Source: a virus. From it: a DNA stretch of 64,000 bases. The position numbers and the translations under genes are program-made. Position 1 is the first letter of the stretch. Each line of letters opens with the position of its first letter. The notes under the pieces were generated by a model, which was not told where the DNA came from, did not search any database, and saw only the letters and a list, made by a program, of their open reading frames with translations. Shown piece by piece: positions 27,525 to 37,651 of this stretch. The DNA lies in IMG/VR virus record IMGVR_UViG_3300018465_000004, positions 29,019-93,018 of that record. One strand, written 5' to 3'.

Positions 27525-27598
27525 GCCTCGGGTAGCTCAACCGGAAGAGCGGCCACCTTAAAATTGGCGCGTTGTGGGTTCGACTCCCACCCGGGGCA
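27525..27598 (+). tRNA. tRNA with anticodon UAA (reads UUA), short variable loop
   Basis: Acceptor GCCTCGG/CCGGGGC, D stem GCTC/GAGC, loop CTTAAAA, 5-nt variable loop, T arm GTGGG-TTCGACT-CCCAC, A73, no encoded CCA. Confidence 0.8.
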
Positions 27599-27775
27599 CG
27601 TGGGCCAGCGCCGTCCCCTCGCCATGCACAAAAGGACGGCGCCTTCCCGTCCGTGCTTGCCCACGGGACGGGCCTTACCCCAACGCACCGGTGACGCGAG
27701 GCACCAGAGGTTCACTCAGGGTAGACCTGACGACTACAACTGTCCAGGTTCATTCACGCAGCCGATGTAACTGGC

Positions 27776-28594
27776 ATGAAGGTCGGGATCAACGCCTCAC
27801 CTGCCGAGCTGGCCATCGCACTCCAGACGTACCCGCAGGTCGGCACCAGCCGAGTCTTCGGTGCGCCCGGCAAGGGTATCCCCGGTTGGACCTCCACTGC
27901 GGTCAACCTGCTCCGCAAGGCCGGTGTGATCCCGTGGCTGTCGTTCAAGGACTGGGCCAACGACACCACCGCCACCGCAGCCATCAACATCTGGCTCGAC
28001 ACCATGCCGACAGACGTCCCGCAAGCCTGGCTCACCTACCACCACGAGCCCGAAGGCGATCTGCTCAGCCGGGAATACCGCCGCCGCTGGACGCTACTGG
28101 CCAAGACCGTCCGGTACCACGACAACGCCGAGCGGGTGAAGCTCGTCCCTATCCACACCCTCTACCCGTCCCGGCACAAGGCCAGCGACCGTTACAGCAC
28201 CGACTGGACGGACTGGATCGGCGTATGGCAGCAATGGGCACCCCAGGACGCCGCCGGACGCTACATCGGCGACTACATCGGCTGGGACTGCTACCTGGAG
28301 ACCACCGCAGCTCAGTACGAGCCGCCCGAGCAGTTCTTCGCCATCCCCATCGGCGCCGCCCACCAGCTCGGCGCCACGCTCGTCGTTCCTGAGCTGGGAT
28401 CCCTGCGCATCGGCAGCGACACCACCGGGGCCGGCCGCGCCGCCTGGATCACCGGTTGCGTCGACTACCTGGCCAGCCGCAACGTCGCAGCCGTCAACTG
28501 GTGGCACAGTACCGGCTCGGCCGGACAGGACTACCGACTCATCGACACCGCCTCCGCCGACGCATGGAAGGCGGCACTCGACCGCTTCCGCTGA
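27776..28594 (+). CDS. GH26-like glycoside hydrolase
   Basis: YHHEPE acid/base motif, GWDCY, VPELG nucleophile, NWW. Confidence 0.6.
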   Translation: MKVGINASPAELAIALQTYPQVGTSRVFGAPGKGIPGWTSTAVNLLRKAGVIPWLSFKDWANDTTATAAINIWLDTMPTDVPQAWLTYHHEPEGDLLSREYRRRWTLLAKTVRYHDNAERVKLVPIHTLYPSRHKASDRYSTDWTDWIGVWQQWAPQDAAGRYIGDYIGWDCYLETTAAQYEPPEQFFAIPIGAAHQLGATLVVPELGSLRIGSDTTGAGRAAWITGCVDYLASRNVAAVNWWHSTGSAGQDYRLIDTASADAWKAALDRFR

Positions 28595-28651
28595 CCACCC
28601 TGGCGGCATGCCCTCCAACCGATAGATCAGGTCGGAGGGAGGCGGCACACG

Positions 28652-28942
28652 ATGGTGGCCAAGCGCATCTTCAACGGCACGCTCACGCCCGACACGGTCG
28701 AGGTTGTTGAGCCTGACGCCTCTTACCGTCAAGCCCGGGTCCTCAATGTGGACGGGGCCGCGGAGATCTACGTCCGCGGCGACGGCGTCGATCCCGAACC
28801 GCCCTGGGACGACTGTGAACTGATCCCCGCAGTCATTGGTTTCATTGTCATCCGTCTGCCACGCGACCGTACCGACGGCATCGCCGAGGTCCGCATGCGC
28901 TCGCCCGGCGCCCCGGTCTACAACGTCAAGTTCTGGTCGTAA
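28652..28942 (+). CDS. Small beta-rich protein, possibly virion-associated
   Basis: GGAGG RBS, beta-strand pattern, precedes fibre genes. Confidence 0.55.
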   Translation: MVAKRIFNGTLTPDTVEVVEPDASYRQARVLNVDGAAEIYVRGDGVDPEPPWDDCELIPAVIGFIVIRLPRDRTDGIAEVRMRSPGAPVYNVKFWS

Positions 28943-28952
28943 GGGGCTTCCC

Positions 28953-31028
28953 GTGGCCGAACCCGAGGAGATGCTCGGCTTCTACGCCTCCGCTGGCGGG
29001 GGAGGCGGAGCCGTCGACAGCGTTGCCGGCCGGACCGGAGACGTGGTCCTGACCAAGTCCGACGTCGGCCTGTCCAACGTGGACAACACCACCGACGCCG
29101 GCAAGCCGGTCTCCACCGCCCAGGCCACCGCCGACAACCTGCGGGTCCTCAAGGCCGGCGACACCATGTCCGGCGACCTCAGCATGGGGTCAGCCGTCAA
29201 GATCGTTTGGGCAAGCGACACCAACCTCTACCGGTCCGCGGCAGACACCCTTACGACCGACGACAGACTTTCCGTCCTGCGAACCGCCTCCGGCGCTAGC
29301 CTGTACATCGACAACCGCGATGCAAACGGCAGCATTCTCTCCACCGCCACAGCGGTCGGATCCTCCGGCTACCTGCTGGGTTCCGCGGTTGTTGGAGATA
29401 CCACCAGTCGGTTCGTGGTTCGGCCTAGCGGCCAGCTGGAATGGGGCACTGGCCTCGCGGCCTGCGACACCATCCTTTACCGCAGTGCCGCCGACACTCT
29501 GAAGACCGACGACTCATTCCACCTCGGAGGGGTCGGAGCCGCCCTCAAATTCACCAGCACGAACCCCGGTGGCATCATCGCCGAGGATCTCGACGTGTCC
29601 TCCAGTGGCAACGTATTGCTGTACACCAAGGTCACCGGGGAGGCCAACCGCCGCTTCCAGCTCCGCAACAGCGGGCGAATGGACTGGGGTGCCGGCGGAG
29701 CCACCGCCATGGACACCAACCTCTACCGTTCGGCAGCCGATCTGCTGCGCACCGACGACGCGTTTATCGTCTCGACCAGCCAAGCCAACGTATGGGCGCA
29801 CACCGTCACCAACACCAGCGCCACTGGACATGGCGTCGCGGTATCGGTCGGAGCCGCCGCCGGGAATTGTTTCGGAGCCACGGTATCCGGCGACGCGTTT
29901 TACCGGTACTTCATCGACGGTTCCGGCAAGGTCACCTGGGGATCCGGCGCTGTCGCCGGAGACACAAACCTCTATCGCGGTGGCGTAGATCTGCTGAAAA
30001 CCGATGACAGTTTGGAGGTCGGTCCGGCTGCCAGCTACTTGAAACTCAACAACAACGGGACCGACCCGCAGATCGCCGCTGAGGGCTCGTCGGCCAACCA
30101 CCACCTGGTCCTCACACCGAAGGGGGTCGGTTCGGTCAAGGTCGCCAACTCCGGCATCCTGTTCGGTGCAGACACTAACCTCTACCGCAGCGCAGCGGAC
30201 ACGCTTAAGACGGACGACGCCTTCTCGGCTGCTGCCGCCATCACCGCGTTCGACGGCGGCACCAAGGCAACCCAGATCACAAACGCCGGGATCAAACTGG
30301 TCGGCTCGGACACCGACCAGACCATGTCCCTGCAAGCCAAGGGCATCGGAACTGTCCGGATCAACAATGCAGTCGGAGACGGCACTGGCGGACTCCTGGT
30401 CTATTCCGGCGGAGCCTCCCCGGCTCTGCGAGCCCAGGTTGGTCCCTCCATCGCCGCAGATCTCCGCCCAGCAGCTGGCAGCGACGGGGTCAGGATCCTC
30501 AAGGAAGGCGAAGCCTTCCACCGGATCCGGCTGACCGACAGCGGACAGATCCTGCTCAGCGACGGCGCCAACGCCGCCGACACCAACCTATACCGGTCCG
30601 CAGCCGACAACCTCAAGACCGACGACATGCTCTGGGTCGCACCTAGCCAGGCCGCCCTGTTTGCGCTGACAGCAACCAACGCAAACGCAACAGGCAACGG
30701 GCTAATTGCCCGTGGCGGCGGTACCGGCACCACGGCAGGCAGTTTCGGTGTGGTTGGCGACGCCAACGCCCGCTTCGCGGTTCTCGGCTCCGGCCGGCTT
30801 GAGTTCGGCGACGGCACCGCGGCAGCAGACACCAACCTCTACCGCAGCGCCGCGAACGTTCTCAAGACCGATGACGCGCTGTCCATCGCCGGCAACGTCG
30901 GCTTCTACGGCACGACGCCCGCCGCCAAGCCGACCGTCACCGGCTCACGCACGGATGGAACTGCGCTCACCTCGCTGCTTACTGCCCTGGCCACGCTCGG
31001 CCTGATCACCGACTCGACCACCGCATGA
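28953..31028 (+). CDS. Tail fibre-like repeat protein
   Basis: SVAGRTGDVVLTKSDVGLSNVDNTTD..KPVSTAQ fibre motif; seven DT[NI]LYR...L[KRT]TDD repeats. Confidence 0.75.
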   Translation: MAEPEEMLGFYASAGGGGGAVDSVAGRTGDVVLTKSDVGLSNVDNTTDAGKPVSTAQATADNLRVLKAGDTMSGDLSMGSAVKIVWASDTNLYRSAADTLTTDDRLSVLRTASGASLYIDNRDANGSILSTATAVGSSGYLLGSAVVGDTTSRFVVRPSGQLEWGTGLAACDTILYRSAADTLKTDDSFHLGGVGAALKFTSTNPGGIIAEDLDVSSSGNVLLYTKVTGEANRRFQLRNSGRMDWGAGGATAMDTNLYRSAADLLRTDDAFIVSTSQANVWAHTVTNTSATGHGVAVSVGAAAGNCFGATVSGDAFYRYFIDGSGKVTWGSGAVAGDTNLYRGGVDLLKTDDSLEVGPAASYLKLNNNGTDPQIAAEGSSANHHLVLTPKGVGSVKVANSGILFGADTNLYRSAADTLKTDDAFSAAAAITAFDGGTKATQITNAGIKLVGSDTDQTMSLQAKGIGTVRINNAVGDGTGGLLVYSGGASPALRAQVGPSIAADLRPAAGSDGVRILKEGEAFHRIRLTDSGQILLSDGANAADTNLYRSAADNLKTDDMLWVAPSQAALFALTATNANATGNGLIARGGGTGTTAGSFGVVGDANARFAVLGSGRLEFGDGTAAADTNLYRSAANVLKTDDALSIAGNVGFYGTTPAAKPTVTGSRTDGTALTSLLTALATLGLITDSTTA

Positions 31029-31053
31029 TCCGTAAGGGTGGGGGATAGCCACA

Positions 31054-34000
31054 GTGTCCGAGATGGCAATCTACGGCGGCGGCGGACCGCGGGGTGTCGC
31101 CGACGAGGTCGACGGCGTCCGTCACACGCTCACCAAGATCGAATTCGGTGCACCCGGCGAGGCGTACCACGTCTCGGCCGACGACCCGCTCCCCGTCGCC
31201 ATCGCCGGTGGCGCCACCATCGAGCTGCCCGAGGGCGCCTCGATCACGATTGACGGGTCGACCGTCTCCCTCGAAGCCGGGACCACGGTCGAGCTGGCCG
31301 CCGGCACTGTGGTGGGGCTGGACTCGGCCACGTTGACGGCTCTCGGCTCGTCCTCCGAGGTCTCCCTGGCGGACGGCGCAACGGTTTCGATCAGCGGGAC
31401 AGTCCCGGTCAGCGTCGCGGCCCCTCTCACCCTCGCTGAGGGCACCACAGTGGAGCTGGCCGAGGGCACCGAGGTCGCCCTGGCAGACGGCACCGTCGTG
31501 ACCGTTGCCAACGCCTCCCTGCCCGTCACCATCGCCGCCCCGATCACCGTCACCTGGTCCGGCAACCCCACCGTCACCCTCGCCTCCGGCGCCTCCGTCT
31601 CGGTCAGCAACACCGTCGCCGTCAGCGGCACCGTCGCGCTCAACTCGGCCACCATTACCGCGCTCACCCCGCCCACCGAGGTCGCCCTCGACTCGGCCAC
31701 CATCACCGCCCTCGCGGCACCTGCCGAGGTCTCGCTGGCGGACGGCACCACCGTCGCGGTCACCGCCACCTACCCGCTACCGGTCGTCCTGTCCGAGGGC
31801 ACTGTGATCGAGCTGGCCGAGGGCGCCACCATCACCCTTGACGGCTCCACCGTAGGACTCGAAGAGGGCACCACGGTTGCTCTGGCGTCCGGCACCGAGG
31901 TCGACCTCGCTGCCGGTGCCACTGTGGACCTCGCCGCGGGCGCTACCGTCGCGATCGACCCGGCCACGCTGCCGCTGCCCGTCACGGTGGACGACAGCAC
32001 CCCGGTCGACGTCAACATCGGCGCCGGCCCACATGCGGTCACGGTGTCCGGCACCGTCGCACTGGCCGCGGGCACCATCACCGCGCTCACCCCGCCTGCC
32101 GAGATCGCCCTCGAAGAGGGCACCACGGTCGCCCTGGAGGCCGGAACGACGGTCGCCCTCGCCCCGGGTACCAGCGTCGCCGTCACCGCCGCTACACCGC
32201 TGTCTGTCCAGATCGGCAACGGCGAGGACCCGCTCCCGGTCACCTTCTCCGAAGGTGTCTCGATCGCCGGGCCACTGGAGCTGGAGCACGACGGCGACCC
32301 GGTCTCGGAGGCCAACCCCTTCCCGGTCACCGTCATCTCCGGCGGCGGAGGTGTGGCCAGCGAGGTTGCGCTCTCGGCGAACGGTGACACTGTCGATGAC
32401 GCCCACCCGCTGCCAGTCGCGGTCATCTCCGGCGGCGGAGGTGTCGCCTCCGAAGTCGCGCTATCCGCAAACGGGGACACGGTCGACGACACCAACCCGC
32501 TCCCGGTTGCGCTCGCGGCGGGGGCCGAAGTCGACCTTGCCTCCGGTGCCACCGTTGCCGTCACCACAGCCTCCGCACTGCCCGTGTCCATCACCGCTGA
32601 CGGATCCACGGTCAGCACCGCCGACCCTCTGCCGGTAGCGATCGTCTCCGGCGGAGGAGGAGGCGGCGAGGTCACCATCTCGTCCAACGGCGACACGGTG
32701 GACACCGCCAACCCGCTCCCGGTTGCCGTGGTCTCCGGCGGGGGATCAGGGTCCTCGGGAAGCATCATCACCGGGGACACCGGCCAGTCCGCGCAACTGG
32801 TTGCCAGTTCCCGGCTGGAAGTGGCGTTCTCGACCACCACGGTCCAAGCCGTGGCCGCCACTGATGTGTCCAACTACCGCTGGGTCAGCGTCCAGATCAC
32901 CGGGCAGGGCGGCAGCTCCACCGTCAACTTCCAGGGCAGCAACGACGGCTCCACCTGGGTCAGCGTCCCGGTCATGGCCACTACATCGACCGGCACCATC
33001 GTCTTCTCGACCGGCTCCGCTGGCATCTTCACCGGCCCCATCACGTACCGGCACTTCCGCCTCAACGTCACCGGCATCGCCAGCGGTACCACCGCCGGAG
33101 TCATCGAGTTCCTGTCGATGCCGGCCGGGCAGACTATCACCTCGGTCTCCGCCGACACCGAGATGGCCAGCGCCGCAGCCCTGGCGGATTCCACCGCCAA
33201 CCCGACCACGTCGATCGTGGCTGCGGCCAACGAGGTCTTCAACGGCTCCACCTGGGACCGGGTCCGGACCGCCAACACCGCCGACAACACCTCAGGTACC
33301 GGCGTCCCCGCCTCCGGCCTTATGGGATGGGACGGCACCTCCGCCTACCGGCGCATCAAGACCGACGGCACCGGCGCACTCGTGCCCCACGCCGCCCTCA
33401 ACAACTCCGGCTCCGCGGGCGCGAACAACACCGACGTCATCGCCAGCACGGACGTCGCCGCCTACAGCATGATCAGCTTCCGGCTGTCGGGCACCTTCTC
33501 CGCCACCGTGTCGCTGCAAGGGTCGAACGACAACACCAACTGGCTGCTCCTGCCCGTCATCCTCCAGCAGCCCGCGGACAACTTCCCTCGCCCGGTGGGA
33601 TACGCCGGCCCACCGCCAACAGCACCAGCAACACCTACTACGCCCCGGTCACCACCCGCTACATCCGGCTGCGGATCACCGCGTACACATCCGGGACCGT
33701 CACCGCCAACATCACCGCGCACCCCAACGCCATCGCCCCATACCTGGTTGTCGACGCCGGGATGCCGACCGCCGCTGCGCTGTCGGACGCGATCAACAAC
33801 CCCACCGCTCCGACTCTGGGTGCGGCCAACCTAATCTGGGACAGCTCGGGCGCCACCTGGGTCCGCCAGCGGGCCGCGAACGGCGTCACCGACTCCCAGT
33901 CCGGTGTGCTGCTCACCCCGATGGCGCCGTGGATGTACAACGGCTCGAACTTCGAGCGGCAGCGTTCAGCGACCGGGGCGACCGGCACCACCGGTACCGG

Positions 34001-34361
34001 CGTCCTGGCGTCCGGCATCATGGGATGGGACGGCACCAACTACCGCCGGCTGCTGTCCAGCACCGCCGGAGTCCTCTCCGTCGCTCCCGCCGGCTTCGGC
34101 ACCGTCAACACCAACAAGGCGACCGTCACCACCGCGGGCACCCGCGTGCAGCTGGGCGCCAATGCCGCGTCGGTTGTCATCGTGCGCGCCAAGCCGGGCA
34201 ACACCGGCCTGATCTACGTCGGCGGCAGCGGCGTGACCGCCGCCAACGGATACGACCTCAGCCCAGGCGGAGAGGTCACACTCAACGTCAGCAACACCAA
34301 CCTGATATACGTCGACGCCGCCACCAACGGCGACGGCGTCTCGTACATCTGGACCACCTAA
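31054..34361 (+). pseudogene. Long fibre/adhesin-like repeat protein split by a -1 frameshift near 33610 (about 1100 aa if joined)
   Basis: Frame of 31054 degrades after PVGYAG; frame of 33327 continues TANSTSNTYYAPV; one extra C in GGCCCACC joins them. Confidence 0.75.
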
Positions 34362-34385
34362 GCGGTCAGGCGTCGATCGGGGCGC

Positions 34386-34715
34386 TTACCTGGCGACTAG
34401 GATGCCCAGCTCAACCAGGCGCGACACCAGTGGCTGGGCTGCTTCGACGGCGGCTGCGGCCCGAGCCTCGAAGTCGGCAGCAAGTCCAAGGTGGACACTG
34501 GCCCACCGTTCGGCCGCTGGGTCGCCAGCTGCGTCCATCGCTTCGCCCAGGGCGGAATCCTCGTTCGTCACCGTCGACCGCGCGTAGGCCATGTTCGCCG
34601 CGCAAGTCACGAACGCGGCGACGGCAGGTTCCGAGATTCCCGCCTTGCTCAACGCCGCGAAGTCCACCTCGTAGCCGAGCTGGGCGGCCAGCTCGCGCTC
34701 CGGGTCCGGGTTCAT
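34386..34715 (-). CDS. Hypothetical protein
   Basis: AGGAGAG RBS, operon overlap. Confidence 0.6.
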   Translation of the reverse strand: MNPDPERELAAQLGYEVDFAALSKAGISEPAVAAFVTCAANMAYARSTVTNEDSALGEAMDAAGDPAAERWASVHLGLAADFEARAAAAVEAAQPLVSRLVELGILVAR

Positions 34716-35026
34716 ACGCTCTCCTGCGCCTTAACGGCCGCAACCGCCTCGCGGTACCCCCGGATGTCGCGCAGCGCGGTCGCCACGTGCTCCGAGTCCG
34801 AATGCCTGTCAAGCTCGGCCTCTAACAGGTCGAGCTGGGCCGGCGTCAGGCTCATCTTGATGGTGGCCTCGGACACCCCGAGGTACAGCTCCAGCCCCGA
34901 CGCTTCGCGCAGATCAGGCTGGTCGACCAACGCGTCCCAGACCGCCTGGATGACCGGCTCTGGCCAGTCGACTTTCAGTGACGTCGTCGCCACGTCGCTC
35001 TCCTTACCGTCCACTATTGGACACAT
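34712..35026 (-). CDS. Hypothetical protein
   Basis: Operon context; start may be downstream of AAGGAG. Confidence 0.55.
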   Translation of the reverse strand: MCPIVDGKESDVATTSLKVDWPEPVIQAVWDALVDQPDLREASGLELYLGVSEATIKMSLTPAQLDLLEAELDRHSDSEHVATALRDIRGYREAVAAVKAQESV

Positions 35027-35029
35027 TGG

Positions 35030-35830
35030 TCAGACCAGACTACCGGTACTCACGAGTCCGCCGGCCAGCGTTGTTTCGAGAGGCCGCCCAGGCTGGAACG
35101 GCATGCCAAGCTCGGCTTCGACGGCCAGGTACTCGGCGGCAAGATCCGGCCTGAGGCGCGCCGCCGTACACAGGTCCGCCTTGCTGGCCATGATGCAGAA
35201 CGAGCAGGATAGCCGGCTCATCCCCTGGCCGTAAGCCCAATGCCAGGGCAGGCTGACGTCGCGGTGCCGCTGCCAAACCTGGTCTTCGGTCCAGTGGTGA
35301 ATGGGAAGCCAGTCCCAGACCTCACGGGTGGTCTTGGTTGATGAGCGAGCGTTGGGCGCCAGAGCCGGTCGAAGCGCGCGCCCGGTGCTCTCCTGCGCGC
35401 GGAACCCGAGGCAGTACAGCACCCTGGCACGCCGCCCCAGCCCGGACAGCCATGCCTTGCAGAAGGCCGCGACGACACGGTATGCCGGCTGGCGCTTGTG
35501 GTCACTCGTGCAGTAGCGGATCCGGAAGTCCGCCCAACCGCGCAGCGAACCGTCGCGCTTGCGACGGGTGCGCATGTCTTCGAGCAGGTTGGCCCCGTCC
35601 TTGGTCGCGACCACGAGGTTGAGCCCGTAACGCGCGGCACGCGCCTTGACGAGCGCCTTGGTGCCCGGCCACGCGATCTTGCCCAGGTCGTTGTAGATGA
35701 CCAGGATGACGGAGCGATCAACGCCGGCCGCGTCACAGAGGCGGACCACCTCATCAACCATGGCGCCAGAGTCTTTGCCGCCCGAGTCGTTGATGACGAT
35801 CAGGTCCCACTCGTGGAGATTCGGATGCAT
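35030..35830 (-). CDS. PAPS reductase-family (DndC-like) protein
   Basis: PP-loop DSGGKDS, RYCTSDHK, GFRAQES..RA, WLPIHHW, SRLSCSFC. Confidence 0.85.
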   Translation of the reverse strand: MHPNLHEWDLIVINDSGGKDSGAMVDEVVRLCDAAGVDRSVILVIYNDLGKIAWPGTKALVKARAARYGLNLVVATKDGANLLEDMRTRRKRDGSLRGWADFRIRYCTSDHKRQPAYRVVAAFCKAWLSGLGRRARVLYCLGFRAQESTGRALRPALAPNARSSTKTTREVWDWLPIHHWTEDQVWQRHRDVSLPWHWAYGQGMSRLSCSFCIMASKADLCTAARLRPDLAAEYLAVEAELGMPFQPGRPLETTLAGGLVSTGSLV

Positions 35831-35839
35831 GATTCTTGG

Positions 35840-36037
35840 CTACCCCTCTTCCAGAGCAGAGCTGACCTCGTACGCGAGGTGCGCTTCGCAGACCGGCGGC
35901 ATGTTCATCGGCGGGTTGATCAGCACCACGAAGTCCGCGAACACACCGCACCCGCCGGGGGCCGACCCGCGGCTGACACCGGCCCGGTGCACGCACATCA
36001 GCCCCTCTTCCGCGAGTCGAACGGGTATCGCCTTCAC
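35840..36037 (-). CDS. Small zinc-finger-like protein
   Basis: CVH, CG, VCEAH. Confidence 0.5.
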   Translation of the reverse strand: MKAIPVRLAEEGLMCVHRAGVSRGSAPGGCGVFADFVVLINPPMNMPPVCEAHLAYEVSSALEEG

Positions 36038-36187
36038 TTCATCCTCCTGAGCGCGCGGGTCCGCCCCGACTTCGCACGGAAGCGGGGCGTGCCGATTTGG
36101 TCGTTGGTTCGATGTACGGCTTCGCTTGGCTGCGGACGTAGTGGCCTGCCATGGTGAACACGAGTAGCAGCAACAACCACCACCCGA

Positions 36188-36448
36188 TCACGCGTATACG
36201 ACCCTGCCGAACAGCCCGATCCCCAAGCGCAGCCTAAGCGCAGGCCGACCGTCATCCACGGCGTCACGCTCGTGCTCTCTGCACCAGAAGGAGCCGCGTC
36301 GGCGCTCGGCGTCGGACAGGCGGGTCTCGCAGAATGTCATGTGCGGCAGGCCGTACCCGGTCTGATACGCGCACAGCCCTTGGCCGACGCGCCGTCGATC
36401 ACCATCGTCGAACCGCGGACCACTAAGATCGACAAGCTCAACCCTCAT
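36188..36448 (-). CDS. Small Cys-containing protein
   Basis: CAYQ..FCE..FWCREH; ATGA overlap. Confidence 0.55.
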   Translation of the reverse strand: MRVELVDLSGPRFDDGDRRRVGQGLCAYQTGYGLPHMTFCETRLSDAERRRGSFWCREHERDAVDDGRPALRLRLGIGLFGRVVYA

Positions 36449-36864
36449 GCGTACACCACCGCGCCGAACAGTCCGCACTCCAGCACCGCGAGCGCGTCAA
36501 GCACGTCCAGGTCGCCCTCGTACCCGTTGGTGCGGTTGGCGCGCAGGATGTTGTCCCGCATCGACGCGGACATGTACAGCCGTTGACCCGTCTTCTTGTT
36601 GTGGTACACGCTGTGCGTGCCGTCGTGGTCCGTGACTTCCTGGAGCACGGCCGCCCGGATGACACCGAGGCCCTTTGTCAAGGTGTCGAACGTAACCGTG
36701 TGGGTTTCGCTTTCGTCGTCCTTGTCCTCGATGACGACGGTCGGGTTGGTCTTGTCCGTGTCGTCGGAGCGCACCACGTGGAAGAAGCCGTAGCCGGCGT
36801 GGGACATGGCGGTTTCGAGCAGGTCATTGAGAAATTCAATTCGCTCCGGGCTGCGCGTTTTCAT
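36445..36864 (-). CDS. Hypothetical protein
   Basis: GAGGAG RBS; C-terminal GLFGAVVYA resembles GLFGRVVYA of the downstream ORF. Confidence 0.65.
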   Translation of the reverse strand: MKTRSPERIEFLNDLLETAMSHAGYGFFHVVRSDDTDKTNPTVVIEDKDDESETHTVTFDTLTKGLGVIRAAVLQEVTDHDGTHSVYHNKKTGQRLYMSASMRDNILRANRTNGYEGDLDVLDALAVLECGLFGAVVYA

Positions 36865-36993
36865 GCCCCCACACTCCTCTAGCGCTAAGCACAGCACTAG
36901 CACCAAATGTACCGGGATCTCCAGCCAAACGGCTGATACGCAGGGACAATGCAGCCTAGAGACTGTTCGTGTGCCTAGCGCAGGAGGATGACA

Positions 36994-37566
36994 ATGAGCA
37001 CCACATACACCGCATACCGTAGGGTCCGGCGGGAGTACCCAGGACTGCCGGCGAGTCACGCGCTTGCCATACTCAGGCGTCGTGAGGCGCCGGCATGGGC
37101 TGCCAGCTTCGACCAGGTCGGAGACGACTACGTCGGCACGGTGGACGGCTGGGACATCCGCATCATGGCCGAACCGGACGAAGACGCCGATCTGTCGTGG
37201 TTGGGTACCTGGACTGACGACCCGACCGACGCGGTGCCCAACTCCAACGGCTCGTACGGCTCGTACAAGTACTTCCGCCCGGAGCCGTCGATCCTTCCCA
37301 CGCCCGCGGACCTGCGCAAGGCCGGCATGCCCAGCTCCAGGGTCCCCGAGGCGATCCGGGAATCCATGCAGGCGGCGGAGCGGGAGGCGCACATCACGCC
37401 CTACGACGTGACCGTTCGCGCCACCCGCGACGGACAGACCGGCTATGACTCGCTCGGCGGTGTGTACGCCAGCGGCGACGCAGATCTGCTGTGGACGGTT
37501 GACGACCATGACATGGTCGCCGCCGCCATCGATGCCGCAAAGGCAGAGCGCTACGCACACGCCTAG
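36994..37566 (+). CDS. Hypothetical protein
   Basis: AGGAGG RBS. Confidence 0.7.
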   Translation: MSTTYTAYRRVRREYPGLPASHALAILRRREAPAWAASFDQVGDDYVGTVDGWDIRIMAEPDEDADLSWLGTWTDDPTDAVPNSNGSYGSYKYFRPEPSILPTPADLRKAGMPSSRVPEAIRESMQAAEREAHITPYDVTVRATRDGQTGYDSLGGVYASGDADLLWTVDDHDMVAAAIDAAKAERYAHA

Positions 37567-37651
37567 TATCACCCGGACGTAGGATGCGCCGCGAACGACG
37601 GCCAGGGCACGCTACACAGGCACATCACCCCACCGCAGGAGCAGACCAACC

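Noticed and set aside
27557-27563. Ochre suppressor reading (anticodon UUA)
   Set aside because: Stem geometry centres the 7-nt loop CTTAAAA on TAA; shifting the register breaks the anticodon stem
33601-33620. Programmed -1 ribosomal frameshift
   Set aside because: No XXXYYYZ slippery heptamer at the junction; a single-base deletion is simpler
28953-34361. Diversity-generating retroelement TR/VR pair among the fibre repeats
   Set aside because: The repeats are ordinary protein repeats, I noticed no adenine-specific mismatch pattern, and there is no reverse transcriptase in the window
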